In this document: positions 50,417 to 59,739 of the stretch, one piece after another
How the letters are laid out: each line of letters opens with the position of its first letter
Numbering within the stretch: position 1 is the first letter of the stretch
Source: Thalassobaculaceae bacterium
Lineage (GTDB): Bacteria > Pseudomonadota > Alphaproteobacteria > Thalassobaculales > Thalassobaculaceae
DNA length: 64,000 nt
NCBI GenBank assembly: GCA_965228875.1
Contig: OZ245843.1
Span: 4,632,616 to 4,696,615, forward strand
Direction: 5' to 3'
The notes under the pieces: model-generated
Databases searched by the model: none
What the model saw: only the letters and a program-made list of their open reading frames with translations
What the model was told of the DNA's origin: nothing
Program-made: the position numbers and the translations under genes

Positions 50417-50626
50417 ATGGCCACCGGTACGGTGAAGTGGTTCAACACCACCAAGGGTTATGGGTTCATTCAGCCGGACGATGGCGGTGCGGACGTGTTC
50501 GTGCACATCAGCGCCGTTGAGCAGTCCGGCATGCACAGCCTGAACGAAGGTCAGAAGATCACGTACGAGCTGCAGTCGGACCCGCGCCGCAACAAGGTGT
50601 TCGCCGGCAATCTGTCGGCCGCCTGA
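50417..50626 (+). CDS. cspA: Cold-shock protein
   Basis: 'MATGTVKWFNTTKGYGFIQPDDGGADVFVHISAV'. Confidence 0.96.
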   Translation: MATGTVKWFNTTKGYGFIQPDDGGADVFVHISAVEQSGMHSLNEGQKITYELQSDPRRNKVFAGNLSAA

Positions 50627-50654
50627 GCTCCTCGAGCCAGGACCAAGACATGAG

Positions 50655-50686
50655 GAAGCCCCGCCGGGAGACCGGCGGGGCTTCTT
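50655..50686 (+). terminator. Intrinsic terminator hairpin (possibly bidirectional)
   Basis: GAAGCCCCGCCGG-GAGA-CCGGCGGGGCTTC-TT between convergent csp and pcaG. Confidence 0.8.
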
Positions 50687-50709
50687 GCGTTCCGATCCGG
50701 TGCGGCGGC

Positions 50710-51291
50710 TCAGACGTCGAAGAACACCGTCTCCCGGTCGCCCTGCATGTGGATGTCGAAGCGGTAGGTGCTGCCGTCCCGCGTCGCGATCAGGGTGTCG
50801 CGGCGGTCTTCGGGTACGGCGGAGAGCACCGGATCACCGGCGTTGGCGGCGGCCTCGTCGGCAAAGTAGATCCGGGTGTAGACATGGGTCAGCAGGCCGC
50901 GCATGAACACGATCACGTTCAGGTGCGGGGCCTCGCCTTCGGCGGCCGCGCCGGGCTTGATCGTGTCGAAGATGAAGCGGCAGCTCGGGTCGGTGCCGGT
51001 TCCGAAGCGCCCGAAGCCGGTGAAGCCGGCGTTCGAGCCGCGCGGGTCGGCCGGATGGGCGTAGCGGCCCTGGGCATCGGCCTGCCAGATCTCGATCATG
51101 GCGTCCGGAACAGGACTGCCGTCACCGTCCAGCACCCGGCCCTCGATCCGGATCCGCTCACCCTCGACGTCCTCGCCGGCTACCGTGCCCTCGGCGATCG
51201 ACGAGTGCTGGTAGTTGTACTGCCTGGCCGTCAGGCCGTAGGCGAAGTAGGGGCCGACGGTCTGCGACGGGGTCTGCCTGTAGCCGCTCAT
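50710..51291 (-). CDS. pcaG: Protocatechuate 3,4-dioxygenase alpha subunit
   Basis: 'QTPSQTVGPYFAYGL', 'EIWQADAQG', 'TIKPG', 'YRFDIHMQGDRETVFFDV'. Confidence 0.95.
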   Translation of the reverse strand: MSGYRQTPSQTVGPYFAYGLTARQYNYQHSSIAEGTVAGEDVEGERIRIEGRVLDGDGSPVPDAMIEIWQADAQGRYAHPADPRGSNAGFTGFGRFGTGTDPSCRFIFDTIKPGAAAEGEAPHLNVIVFMRGLLTHVYTRIYFADEAAANAGDPVLSAVPEDRRDTLIATRDGSTYRFDIHMQGDRETVFFDV

Positions 51292-52001
51292 CGGCCGGCC
51301 TCCATCGGCGTTTCCCGGGGGCCCCGCAGCACGATGTCGAACACGTAGCCGAGCGCGAAACCTTCTTGCGTCACGTCGAGCGAGAAGTCGCTGACGAGCC
51401 GGTCGCGGGCGCCTTCTGGCGTGCCGAGGAAGATCGGGTCCAGGTCCAGGAGCGGGTCGCCCGGGAAGTACATCTGGGTCACCAGCCGGCTGGCGAAGGT
51501 GGGGCCGAACAGCGACAGATGAATATGGTTCGGTCGCCAGGCGTTGACGTGATTGGGCCAGGGATAGGCGCCGGGCTTGATTGTGTAGAAGGTGTATCGC
51601 CCCTCGGCATCGGTGACCGTCCGTCCGCCGCCGAAGAAGTTCGGATCGAGCGGCGCGTTGTGCTGGTCGGCCTCGTGGATGTAGCGGCCGGCGGCATTGG
51701 CCTGCCAGATCTCCACCAGGGCGTTGGGCTGCGGCCGACCGTACTCGTCGACCACCCGACCGGTCACGACAATCCTTTCGCCCAGCGGCTCGCCGTTCCT
51801 GACCCCGTTGCGGGTTAGATCGTGGTCCAGCGGACCCATCGCGTTCTGGCCGTAGACCGGCCCGGTCAGTTCGGACAGCGAGTGCCGGATCGGGACCAGG
51901 GGGCGGGTCGGGCCGCGCTTCACCGTCGACTTGTAGTCCGGGTGGATCAGCGGCGGGTGGGCCGTCCAATCCCGGGGCGTGACGCTGTTGGCATCAGCCA
52001 T
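51288..52001 (-). CDS. pcaH: Protocatechuate 3,4-dioxygenase beta subunit
   Basis: 'EIWQANAAGRY.H', 'TIKPGAYPW.N..NAWRPNHIHLS', 'TQMYFPGDP'. Confidence 0.96.
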   Translation of the reverse strand: MADANSVTPRDWTAHPPLIHPDYKSTVKRGPTRPLVPIRHSLSELTGPVYGQNAMGPLDHDLTRNGVRNGEPLGERIVVTGRVVDEYGRPQPNALVEIWQANAAGRYIHEADQHNAPLDPNFFGGGRTVTDAEGRYTFYTIKPGAYPWPNHVNAWRPNHIHLSLFGPTFASRLVTQMYFPGDPLLDLDPIFLGTPEGARDRLVSDFSLDVTQEGFALGYVFDIVLRGPRETPMEAGR

Positions 52002-52794
52002 GATTGGCCTCCTGCAGGAGTGTCTTCAGATGGGCGACCACCGCGTCCGGTGCCTCGATGCAGGGCAGGTGGCCGACGTCCGGCAGTTCCACATAGCGGG
52101 CGTTCGGCAGGGAAGCGGCGAAGGCGCTGACCACGTCCGGCGTGGTCGCCCCGTCATCGCTGCCGCATACGACCACCGCGGGCACCTTGATCATCGCGGC
52201 ACCGGCGGTCAGGTCGGCGTCTCGGATCGCCGCGCAGGCGGCGGCGTAGCCGGCGGCGGGCGTCCGGGTGAGCATCTGGCGGTAGCCGAGCAGGTCGACG
52301 GGACGGCTGCGGTGGAAGGCGGGGGCGAACCAGCGCTCGAGAATGCCGTCGGCCATCGCCGCGAGACCGATATCGCCGACCGTGTCGATGCGCTGCTGCC
52401 ACATGTCCGGGCTGCCGATCCGGGCGGCGGTGTCGCACATCATCAGGGCCGGGAAGGCCTGCGGCCGTGCGGCGAAAGCCGCCTGGGCGATCATGCCGCC
52501 GATCGATACGCCGACCATGGCCGCCCGCTCGACGCCGAGGCTGTCGAGGACGCCGAGCGCGTCGGAGGCGAACCGGTCGATGGTGATCGGCGCGTCGCCC
52601 AATGCCGAGAGGCCATGGCCGCGCTTGTCCATTCGGATGCAGCGCCATTGCCCCTTTAGGGCCTCGACGACGCCGTCCCAGATCCGCAGATCCGTTCCCA
52701 GCGAGTTCGCGAACAGGATGGCGGGCGCGTCCGGCGATCCGTCCACGCGCACATGCAGCACGCAGCCGTCGATGTCGACAAAGGTCGAGCCCAT
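51994..52794 (-). CDS. pcaD: 3-oxoadipate enol-lactonase
   Basis: 'FANSLGTDLRIWD', 'DKRGHG', 'GVSIGG', 'GHLPCIE'; adjacent to pcaHG. Confidence 0.92.
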   Translation of the reverse strand: MGSTFVDIDGCVLHVRVDGSPDAPAILFANSLGTDLRIWDGVVEALKGQWRCIRMDKRGHGLSALGDAPITIDRFASDALGVLDSLGVERAAMVGVSIGGMIAQAAFAARPQAFPALMMCDTAARIGSPDMWQQRIDTVGDIGLAAMADGILERWFAPAFHRSRPVDLLGYRQMLTRTPAAGYAAACAAIRDADLTAGAAMIKVPAVVVCGSDDGATTPDVVSAFAASLPNARYVELPDVGHLPCIEAPDAVVAHLKTLLQEANHG

Positions 52795-52889
52795 TACATC
52801 TCCCCGGTCACACGGTGTTTTCCCGTATCGTGACCGCTGCGACCGGCGGCGTCGAGTGCGCCGTCGGTCGCAGGTTGCGAGAGCCGGGC

Positions 52890-55568
52890 TCAGAAGCTCA
52901 GCGAGATGTTCCTGTGCGCCGAGTTGCAGGAGGCGACGTACAGGGCGATGTCGCGCGGCAGCCGCTCCTGCTGGCGCAAGCCGATGGTGCCGGCGATCGC
53001 CGTCTCATAGGCCTCCACCTTCGGCAGCAGGTCCCGGGCCGCCTGGGTCCGCCAGGCGATCTCCGCCTCCAGCGCGTCCACCGCCTCGCCGTGGTTCTCC
53101 AGCGCCGCCGCGGTGTCCGGCTCGGACTTGCCGCGTGCCCTGAGGGCCCGGCGCGCCTTCGAAAGGGCCGAACGGATATCGCCCGCGCCCTCAATGTCGC
53201 CGAGCTGACGCTCCATGTCCTGAATGGTCTCCATCGCCGCCTCGGCGTCGTCGGCGGCGGAGCGGATGGTATCCTCCAGCGCCTTGAGCTCCGGCGCCAG
53301 CGCGGCCAGAGCGTCGGCACCGCGCAGCGTTCTCGCGAATACCTGGATGGGCTCGTAGGCGCCGTCGACGGTCCGCCGGTAGGTCAGATAGGCCCGTTTC
53401 TCGGTCGACAGCAGCTTCTTGAACTTGCCGCGCACCTGTTCCCAGTCGGCGGGCATGGCGGCGGTCAGGACTTCCTGCTCGGCCGTGAGTTCGGTGATTC
53501 GCTCCTTCAGGCGCTCGATGGTGTCGACGTCGTCGGGCGTCTGGCGCTCAAGCTGGCCCAGCCGCCGGGTGTCGGCCTCGAGTTCCTCTCTGACCTTGCG
53601 GAGGTCGGCCTCGATCCGTCGCACCTCGGTACGCACCGGGTCGTAGTCCACCGCCGCCGCCGCGATCGCGGCGGATTCGGCGCGTGCGTCGCTCAGCGCG
53701 TCGAACGACTTGCCGGCGTTGCCGATCGCCCGCTTCACGTCGTTGGCGAGGCCCTTGGGCACCGTCGACAGGTCCCAGCCGGCAGCGGTGTCGATGGCGG
53801 CGCGGATGCGGTCGCCATCCGCCTCGAAAGTCTCGGCGATGTAGTCCTCGATGCAGGCCTGCAGACGCGGGTTCTGCGGTGGCGGGGCGGTCTCGCCCAG
53901 CAGCGAGATCCGGGTCGGCAGGTAGTTCACCAGCGGCGGGTTGGCGCCGACGATGAGCAGCGCAAGCAACTGCAGCAGGATGAAGGGGATCACGCCCTTG
54001 TACATCTGGATCGTCCGGACCGCCGCCGGAGCGACGCCGCGCAGGTAGAACAGCGCGAAGCCGAAGGGTGGCGTCAGGAACGAGGTCTGGATGTTCAGGC
54101 CGATCATGACGCCGAGCCAGACGGCTGTGATGTTGGCGCTGGGATCGGCGAGCAGGATCGGGGCGACGATCGGCACCACGACCACGGCGATCTCGATGAA
54201 GTCGAGGAAGAACCCGAGCACGAAGATCACCGCCATGACGATGATGAACTGGGCCCAGAACCCGCCGGGCAGGCCGAGCAGGAACTCCTTGACCAGTTCC
54301 TCGCCGCCGAAGCCGCGGAAGGCGGCCGTCAGCATGGCCGCGCCGAGCAGAATGATGAACACCAGCGAGGTGGTCTTGGCGGTTTCCATCATCACGCCCT
54401 GGAGCGTGTCGCCGGTGACGAAGGTCCGGTACAGGCTCCAGACGACGCCGATCAGGAAGATCACCGTGGCGATCACCGCGAGGGTCATGCCGAACTGCTC
54501 CGACGGACCCTGGATCGCCCGAACGTTGATATCCCAGATGTTGGTGATGACCAGGATGGCGGCAACCGCGCCGCCGGTCATCAGCGCCGGCCAGTAGGCC
54601 CGCCGACGGCCTTCGTAGAGCCGGTAGCCGGCCATCACGGTGGCGCCGACGGCACCGATGGCGCCGGCCTGGTTCACGGTGGCGATGCCGGCGATGATCG
54701 AGCCCAGGACGACGAAGATGAGGGTCAGCGGCGGCACCAGCGCCAGCGTCACCTTCACCGCGAAGCGGCGGTCGTAGGATCCCTCGAACGGCACCGGCGG
54801 GGCGATGTCGCGGCGCACGAAGGCGACGACGAAGATGAAGAGCATGTACAGCCCGACCAGCACCAGGCCCGGAACCAGCGCGCCCATGAACATGTCGCCG
54901 GCGCTGGTCGAGGTCACGGCGAACTCGCTCGGCATGGCGAACTCGCCGGTCGCCGCCTTGTACAGGTTGGTGCGCGCGGTGCTCGCCTGATCGACCGCGT
55001 TGGACAACTGGTCGGCCAGGATGATGAGGACGATCGACGGCGGGATGATCTGTCCGAGCGTGCCGGAGGCGGCGATGGTCCCGGTCGACAGCCAGTTGGC
55101 GTAGTTGTTCCGCATCATCGCCGGCAGCGAGATCAGACCCATGGCGACGACGGTGGCGCCGAGGATGCCGGTGGTCGCGGCCAGCAGGGCGCCGACGAAC
55201 ACGACGGAGATGCCGAGACCGCCGCGGATCGGCCCGAAGAGCTGCGCCATGGACACCAGCAGGTCCTCGGCGATCTTCGAGCGCTGCAGCATGATGCCCA
55301 TGAAGACGAACAGCGGGATGGCTATCAGGGTGTCGCGTTCGACCTCCCAGTAGATCCCGCGGAAGTTGGTCACGCCGGCGCTGAGCCAGTTGGTCGGACC
55401 GCCCTGGGCGAAGAAGGCGTCGGGGTTCCCCGTGGCGATCGCACCGGCCGCCGCCGCGAGCAGGATGCTGATGATGGCGGAGCCGGGCAGGGCGAAGGCG
55501 ACCGGGAAGCCGGACGCCAAGGCTCCAGCCATGAGCAGCACCAGAATGGCAACGAAAAGGACTTCCAT
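52890..55568 (-). CDS. TRAP transporter large permease (DctM) with a long C-terminal soluble extension
   Basis: 'LIAIPLFVFMG', 'GTLGQIIPPS', 'QTSFLTPPFGFALFYL', then roughly 290 aa of hydrophilic helical sequence. Confidence 0.9.
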   Translation of the reverse strand: MEVLFVAILVLLMAGALASGFPVAFALPGSAIISILLAAAAGAIATGNPDAFFAQGGPTNWLSAGVTNFRGIYWEVERDTLIAIPLFVFMGIMLQRSKIAEDLLVSMAQLFGPIRGGLGISVVFVGALLAATTGILGATVVAMGLISLPAMMRNNYANWLSTGTIAASGTLGQIIPPSIVLIILADQLSNAVDQASTARTNLYKAATGEFAMPSEFAVTSTSAGDMFMGALVPGLVLVGLYMLFIFVVAFVRRDIAPPVPFEGSYDRRFAVKVTLALVPPLTLIFVVLGSIIAGIATVNQAGAIGAVGATVMAGYRLYEGRRRAYWPALMTGGAVAAILVITNIWDINVRAIQGPSEQFGMTLAVIATVIFLIGVVWSLYRTFVTGDTLQGVMMETAKTTSLVFIILLGAAMLTAAFRGFGGEELVKEFLLGLPGGFWAQFIIVMAVIFVLGFFLDFIEIAVVVVPIVAPILLADPSANITAVWLGVMIGLNIQTSFLTPPFGFALFYLRGVAPAAVRTIQMYKGVIPFILLQLLALLIVGANPPLVNYLPTRISLLGETAPPPQNPRLQACIEDYIAETFEADGDRIRAAIDTAAGWDLSTVPKGLANDVKRAIGNAGKSFDALSDARAESAAIAAAAVDYDPVRTEVRRIEADLRKVREELEADTRRLGQLERQTPDDVDTIERLKERITELTAEQEVLTAAMPADWEQVRGKFKKLLSTEKRAYLTYRRTVDGAYEPIQVFARTLRGADALAALAPELKALEDTIRSAADDAEAAMETIQDMERQLGDIEGAGDIRSALSKARRALRARGKSEPDTAAALENHGEAVDALEAEIAWRTQAARDLLPKVEAYETAIAGTIGLRQQERLPRDIALYVASCNSAHRNISLSF

Positions 55569-55631
55569 GACGCGTCGGCTTTCCTCAGTCCGGGGCTATG
55601 CTGTTCGCGGATCGGTGGCCGCGGTGGCGGT

Positions 55632-56651
55632 TCAGTGGGCGGTGCTCGGCAGCGTTTCGCGCGCGCCTGGCTCCTGCCTGAAATTGGCGATGCTCTCCAG
55701 CACGTAGCTGGTGAACTGCACGCACATGGTCACCGCGAAGATCGCAAGGAACCCGGCCATCCAGTACTTCACGTACATGCCGAATCCGGACTGCGAGACC
55801 TCGTAGGCCAGAAGCGCGCTGTTGATGATGCTGGACTGTGTCCACATGCCGAAGATCAGGATCGTCCAGCACATCGTCAGGCCAAGCACGATCGATCCGA
55901 TGGCGTTGATCAGGCCCTTGGTCTTCTCGGAGAACCCGGCGTAGAGCACGTCGACCCGCACGTGGCCGTCCTCGAACAGGGTGTAGGCGCTGGCGAACAG
56001 GAACAGCGCGCCGTACCAGAAGCGAACCAGATCGCCCTGGAAGGCCTGTTCGTAGGAGAAGACGAAGCGGCTGAGCACGATGCCGAGTTCGGCGATCACG
56101 ACGAGCAGCGCCAGCCAATGGAAGCCGAGCGAGCGCGAGCGGGCGGCGATCACCAGAGCGATCAGCAGCATCGGTGCGTGAATGTAGGGGCCGCGGAAGC
56201 GCGACCGACCGAGCTCGGTGGCCAGCTCGTCGCCGGCGACGACAGTCAGCAACTCCTCGACCCGCAGGAACGAGATCGCCGCATCCACCAGCCCGATCAG
56301 CAGCACGCTCCAGAAGGCGGCGCGGACGATGTAGTTGGCGATCCCCGCCATAGCCGCGGAGTCGGCCCGCAGCGTGCGCGAGGCGGTGCGCTGGACCATC
56401 ATGACGGAAAGCGCGATTCCGGCCGCGTAGATCGCGACCTGGACGAGACCGAGCGCCAGCTCGGTGCCCGTGGCCGACGGCAGACCGATCAGCCCGGGCC
56501 AGCCGTGCCAGAAGCAGAGGTAATTGTTGATCAGGTACGCGAAGCTCATGGCGACCGAGATCCACCCGAGTGTGCGGAGCGTCGCGGTCCCGGAACGGGG
56601 AAGGCCTCCACCCATGGCGTCGGAGTAGGCGCCGTCAGTAGCCGTGCTCAT
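55632..56651 (-). CDS. TRAP transporter small permease (DctQ), N-terminally extended
   Basis: C-terminal 'WYGALFLFASAYTLFEDGHVRVDVLY'; extra N-terminal membrane helices. Confidence 0.88.
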   Translation of the reverse strand: MSTATDGAYSDAMGGGLPRSGTATLRTLGWISVAMSFAYLINNYLCFWHGWPGLIGLPSATGTELALGLVQVAIYAAGIALSVMMVQRTASRTLRADSAAMAGIANYIVRAAFWSVLLIGLVDAAISFLRVEELLTVVAGDELATELGRSRFRGPYIHAPMLLIALVIAARSRSLGFHWLALLVVIAELGIVLSRFVFSYEQAFQGDLVRFWYGALFLFASAYTLFEDGHVRVDVLYAGFSEKTKGLINAIGSIVLGLTMCWTILIFGMWTQSSIINSALLAYEVSQSGFGMYVKYWMAGFLAIFAVTMCVQFTSYVLESIANFRQEPGARETLPSTAH

Positions 56652-56714
56652 CTTGAACCCTTGAAAGGATCGACCGATCTATGCCCGCCATCCGTAAGGC
56701 AGGCAGCCCAAATA

Positions 56715-56750
56715 CGGGAGGCAGACGAGGCTTCCGCCCCGTCTGCCCCG
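56715..56750. terminator. Intercistronic hairpin after the TRAP solute-binding gene
   Basis: CGGGAGGCAGACGAGGC-TTCC-GCCCCGTCTGCCCCG. Confidence 0.6.
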
Positions 56751-56771
56751 TTTGTCGCCGAGCGGCGGGCC

Positions 56772-57866
56772 TTAGAGGCCGAGCACCCGGTTGCGCTGGG
56801 CGTAGTAGGCGCCTTCCGACAGCTTCATCCAGCCACCGACATCGGCCCGCGCGGCGGCGAAGCTCTCGTGGATGCGGTTGGCGAGGTCGGAATGGGCGCG
56901 GGCCTCCTCATAGACCTCGGCCGAAGCGTCGCCGAACGCGTCATAGACGTCGTCGTTGAACTCCTTCAGCTCGACGCCGTGCTCGTTGATGAGCCTGGAG
57001 AGGAAGCGGCCGTTGTTGGCGTTGTACTCGGACATCATGATCTGGCACTCCTCGTAGGAGCAGGCCTGGATGATGAGCTGGTCCGACTTGGAGAGGCCTT
57101 CCCACCAGGACTTGTTCATGCCCAGGGAGTCGAACCCGCCCGGCTCGTGCATGCCCGGGTAGTAGTAGTACTTGGCCGCCTCGTAGAACTTCAGGAAGTA
57201 GTCGTTCCACGGGCCGACCCACTCGGTGGCGTCGATCGCGCCGGAGACCAGGTTCTCGTAGATCTGACCGCCCGGCAGCGAGACCGGGGAGGCGCCGAGC
57301 TTGGCCATGACGTCGCCGCCGAGGCCCGGCATGCGGATCTTCAGGCCCTTGAAGTCCTCAGCGGAGTTGATCTCCTTGTTGAACCAGCCGCCCATCTGGA
57401 CGCCGGTGTTGCCGGAGGCGAGGCACTTGAGGCCGAACTCGCCGGCCAGCTCGTCCCACAGTTCCTGTCCACCCATGAAGTGGATCCAGGCGCCCATCTC
57501 GTTCTCGGTCAGGCCGAACGGAACGGAGGTGAAGTAGGCGAAGCCCGGGTGCTTGCCTTTCCAGTAGTAGTCGGCGGCGTGGTAGGCCTGCGCGTTGCCG
57601 GAGGCGACCTCGTCGAACACGTCGAACGCACCGACGCGCTCGCCGGCGGCGAAGTACTGGACCTGGATCCGGCCGTCGGACACGTCCTGGATGCGCTGCG
57701 CCAAGCGCTGGGCGCCGGTGCCGAGGCCCGGGAAGTCGCGCGGCCAGGTCGAGACCATGACCATCTCGATGCGCTCCTGCGCGATCGCCGGCGCGGCCAG
57801 CGTCGAAGCGGTCGCGCCGCCGACGGCAGCGACACCCGCACTCTTGATGAAGTCACGACGTTTCAT
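56772..57866 (-). CDS. TRAP solute-binding protein (TakP/alpha-keto-acid-binding-like) with Tat signal
   Basis: 'MKRRDFIK', 'YYWKGK', 'GNTGVQMGGWFNKEI', 'RMPGLGG', 'IDATEWVGPWND', 'YYYPGMHEPG'. Confidence 0.93.
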   Translation of the reverse strand: MKRRDFIKSAGVAAVGGATASTLAAPAIAQERIEMVMVSTWPRDFPGLGTGAQRLAQRIQDVSDGRIQVQYFAAGERVGAFDVFDEVASGNAQAYHAADYYWKGKHPGFAYFTSVPFGLTENEMGAWIHFMGGQELWDELAGEFGLKCLASGNTGVQMGGWFNKEINSAEDFKGLKIRMPGLGGDVMAKLGASPVSLPGGQIYENLVSGAIDATEWVGPWNDYFLKFYEAAKYYYYPGMHEPGGFDSLGMNKSWWEGLSKSDQLIIQACSYEECQIMMSEYNANNGRFLSRLINEHGVELKEFNDDVYDAFGDASAEVYEEARAHSDLANRIHESFAAARADVGGWMKLSEGAYYAQRNRVLGL

Positions 57867-58163
57867 GGTTGTCTACTCCCTGCTTAAGGTCGTGTCTGGG
57901 ACTCTTGGTCGGAATGAAAGCGTTTGCCCACTTAAGCTTTCTGCGGGGATCATACTCCGTGCGTCCCCTAGGTAAAGCCCATGTGTGCAGTGCGCCATCA
58001 GGCAGTGTGCACTGCGCAATGACGGTCCCGGCGCGCATGCGGACCGCGTCCCCCGGTCCGATGACGTCCTGATGACAGGTCTCTAGCACGGTTTGCGAGA
58101 TCCGCGCGACCGCCCGATCGCCATTCTGTGGCGCATCAGCCGCATTAATTGTAGGCGATTGTT

Positions 58164-59528
58164 CTATGAGCGCTTGGCGACGATCGCGAAGTCGCCGGGC
58201 CGGGCCGACCACAAGGGCACGCCGGTGAAGGGATCGCGTTGGGCAACGGGGAAGTTCGGGTCGTCCAGCCGCCCCGGTCCGCGCAGGACCCGGACCACCT
58301 CGAACGCGCGGTTCTTCAGTTGCTGACCGAGAAAGGCCGGGGTCAGGGAGTTCAGGTTGCGTCCGCCCAGGAGCGGGAATTCGCTTCCGGCGGCGGTGTC
58401 GGCGGGAGCAACGAGATCGCCGTTGCGGGCGACGATCGCGACGTGGCCGTTCTTCGCCACCATCCGGCATAGGGCGTCCAGAGAGCGGCCGACCTGCGGC
58501 GCGCGTTCCAGGCCGAGGTCGCAGGTCGCGCAGGTTACGCTCTGCGGCGCGACGGCCTCGACCGCCGCGAGATCGCCCTGCACCGCGTCGAGCTTGAAGA
58601 TCTCACGGGCGTAGGCGGCCCGGCTCGGCTCGTCCTCGTAGCCGGAGACGCGCATGCCCGCCATCGCGTGATGGGCCAGGGACGCACCGGACCCGCTGGC
58701 GAAATCGAACACGGACGCACCGGCCCAGAGGTCGGTTTCGCTCCACACCAGGTGCGGCAGAAGCGCCTGCTCGAAGGCCGAAAGAAAGGTCGTTCCCGCG
58801 GCGCCGCGCCGGGCCTGGCCGGCCGTATTGCCGGCATCGGCGTCGATATCCACCGGTTCCCGCAGGCGGCAGGCGACGAAGCTGAGGCCGCATTCGGAGC
58901 AGCGCGCGACCGGCAGGCTGATCGCGTCGCGCTCGACGAGGGCCAGGACGATGCGCAGGGTGGTGTCGGTGTCGGCCTCGGTGTTGGCGATGTCGGTGCG
59001 CAGAATGTCGACCAGGGGTCTCGGGTCGACGAACCGGGTCAGCGCCCGACACTTCTGGTCCTGGGTCGACATGCGGTCGTGGGCCGGGGCCATCCGCGCC
59101 CGCCCGACCGGAACCGCTTCGCCGCCGCCACAGCACGGGCAGGGGATCGTGCCGCTGGACGCGGCGGCAAGCTGGTGACGGACCTCGTCGAGCAACGCCT
59201 TCTGGGTGTCGTGGCCGACCGTGGTCTCGCGGTTCGCCGGGCTCGCCTCTGGGGCGGCCTTGGCCCAGATCCGGTCGATCGGGATCGGCTGCCCGAGCTC
59301 ATGCAGCCGGTTGTGCACCAGCACTGTCTGCTGCAGCGCGGAGAGCGGTTTCTGCACCGGGTCGATCGGCGAGACCTGCTTGCGCCCGGAACTGACGGTC
59401 GCGTGCGCCGTCTGGAAGTCGCCAGCGATCAGCAGGCGGATCGTCTCCCCCAGGACCTGGACCGCGTCGTGCGGCATGCGTTTGACGATCTCGAGAAAGA
59501 CCGGCTCTGCCTTTTGCGGATCGAACAC
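58164..59528 (-). CDS. Putative class I SAM-dependent methyltransferase-like protein with Cys pairs
   Basis: 'CPCCGG' and 'CSECGL', then a degenerate motif I 'VFDFASGSG' and 'VSGYEDEP'; helical N-terminus. Confidence 0.6.
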   Translation of the reverse strand: MFDPQKAEPVFLEIVKRMPHDAVQVLGETIRLLIAGDFQTAHATVSSGRKQVSPIDPVQKPLSALQQTVLVHNRLHELGQPIPIDRIWAKAAPEASPANRETTVGHDTQKALLDEVRHQLAAASSGTIPCPCCGGGEAVPVGRARMAPAHDRMSTQDQKCRALTRFVDPRPLVDILRTDIANTEADTDTTLRIVLALVERDAISLPVARCSECGLSFVACRLREPVDIDADAGNTAGQARRGAAGTTFLSAFEQALLPHLVWSETDLWAGASVFDFASGSGASLAHHAMAGMRVSGYEDEPSRAAYAREIFKLDAVQGDLAAVEAVAPQSVTCATCDLGLERAPQVGRSLDALCRMVAKNGHVAIVARNGDLVAPADTAAGSEFPLLGGRNLNSLTPAFLGQQLKNRAFEVVRVLRGPGRLDDPNFPVAQRDPFTGVPLWSARPGDFAIVAKRS

Positions 59529-59739
59529 GGGCTACTCCATTGACGTTGTCGGCTGACGGTGTCGGCGCCGCCGGATCGGTCTCCGACGCGGCACGATGAA
59601 AACACGGTGCCTGATTAGCGGCCCCGTTCCGCGAGCGCAATCGGCCAGCCGGCGGGTGGCCGATCGGTGGCCTTCCTCTTGACCTTCCCGACGGTGCGTG
59701 CAACGTGGCGCCCGTTTCCCGCAAAGCACCGTTGACGCC

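Noticed and set aside
52602..57887. 1761-aa plus-strand ORF
   Set aside because: Antisense shadow of the TRAP genes and pcaD; no motifs, and such shadows are expected in high-GC coding DNA.
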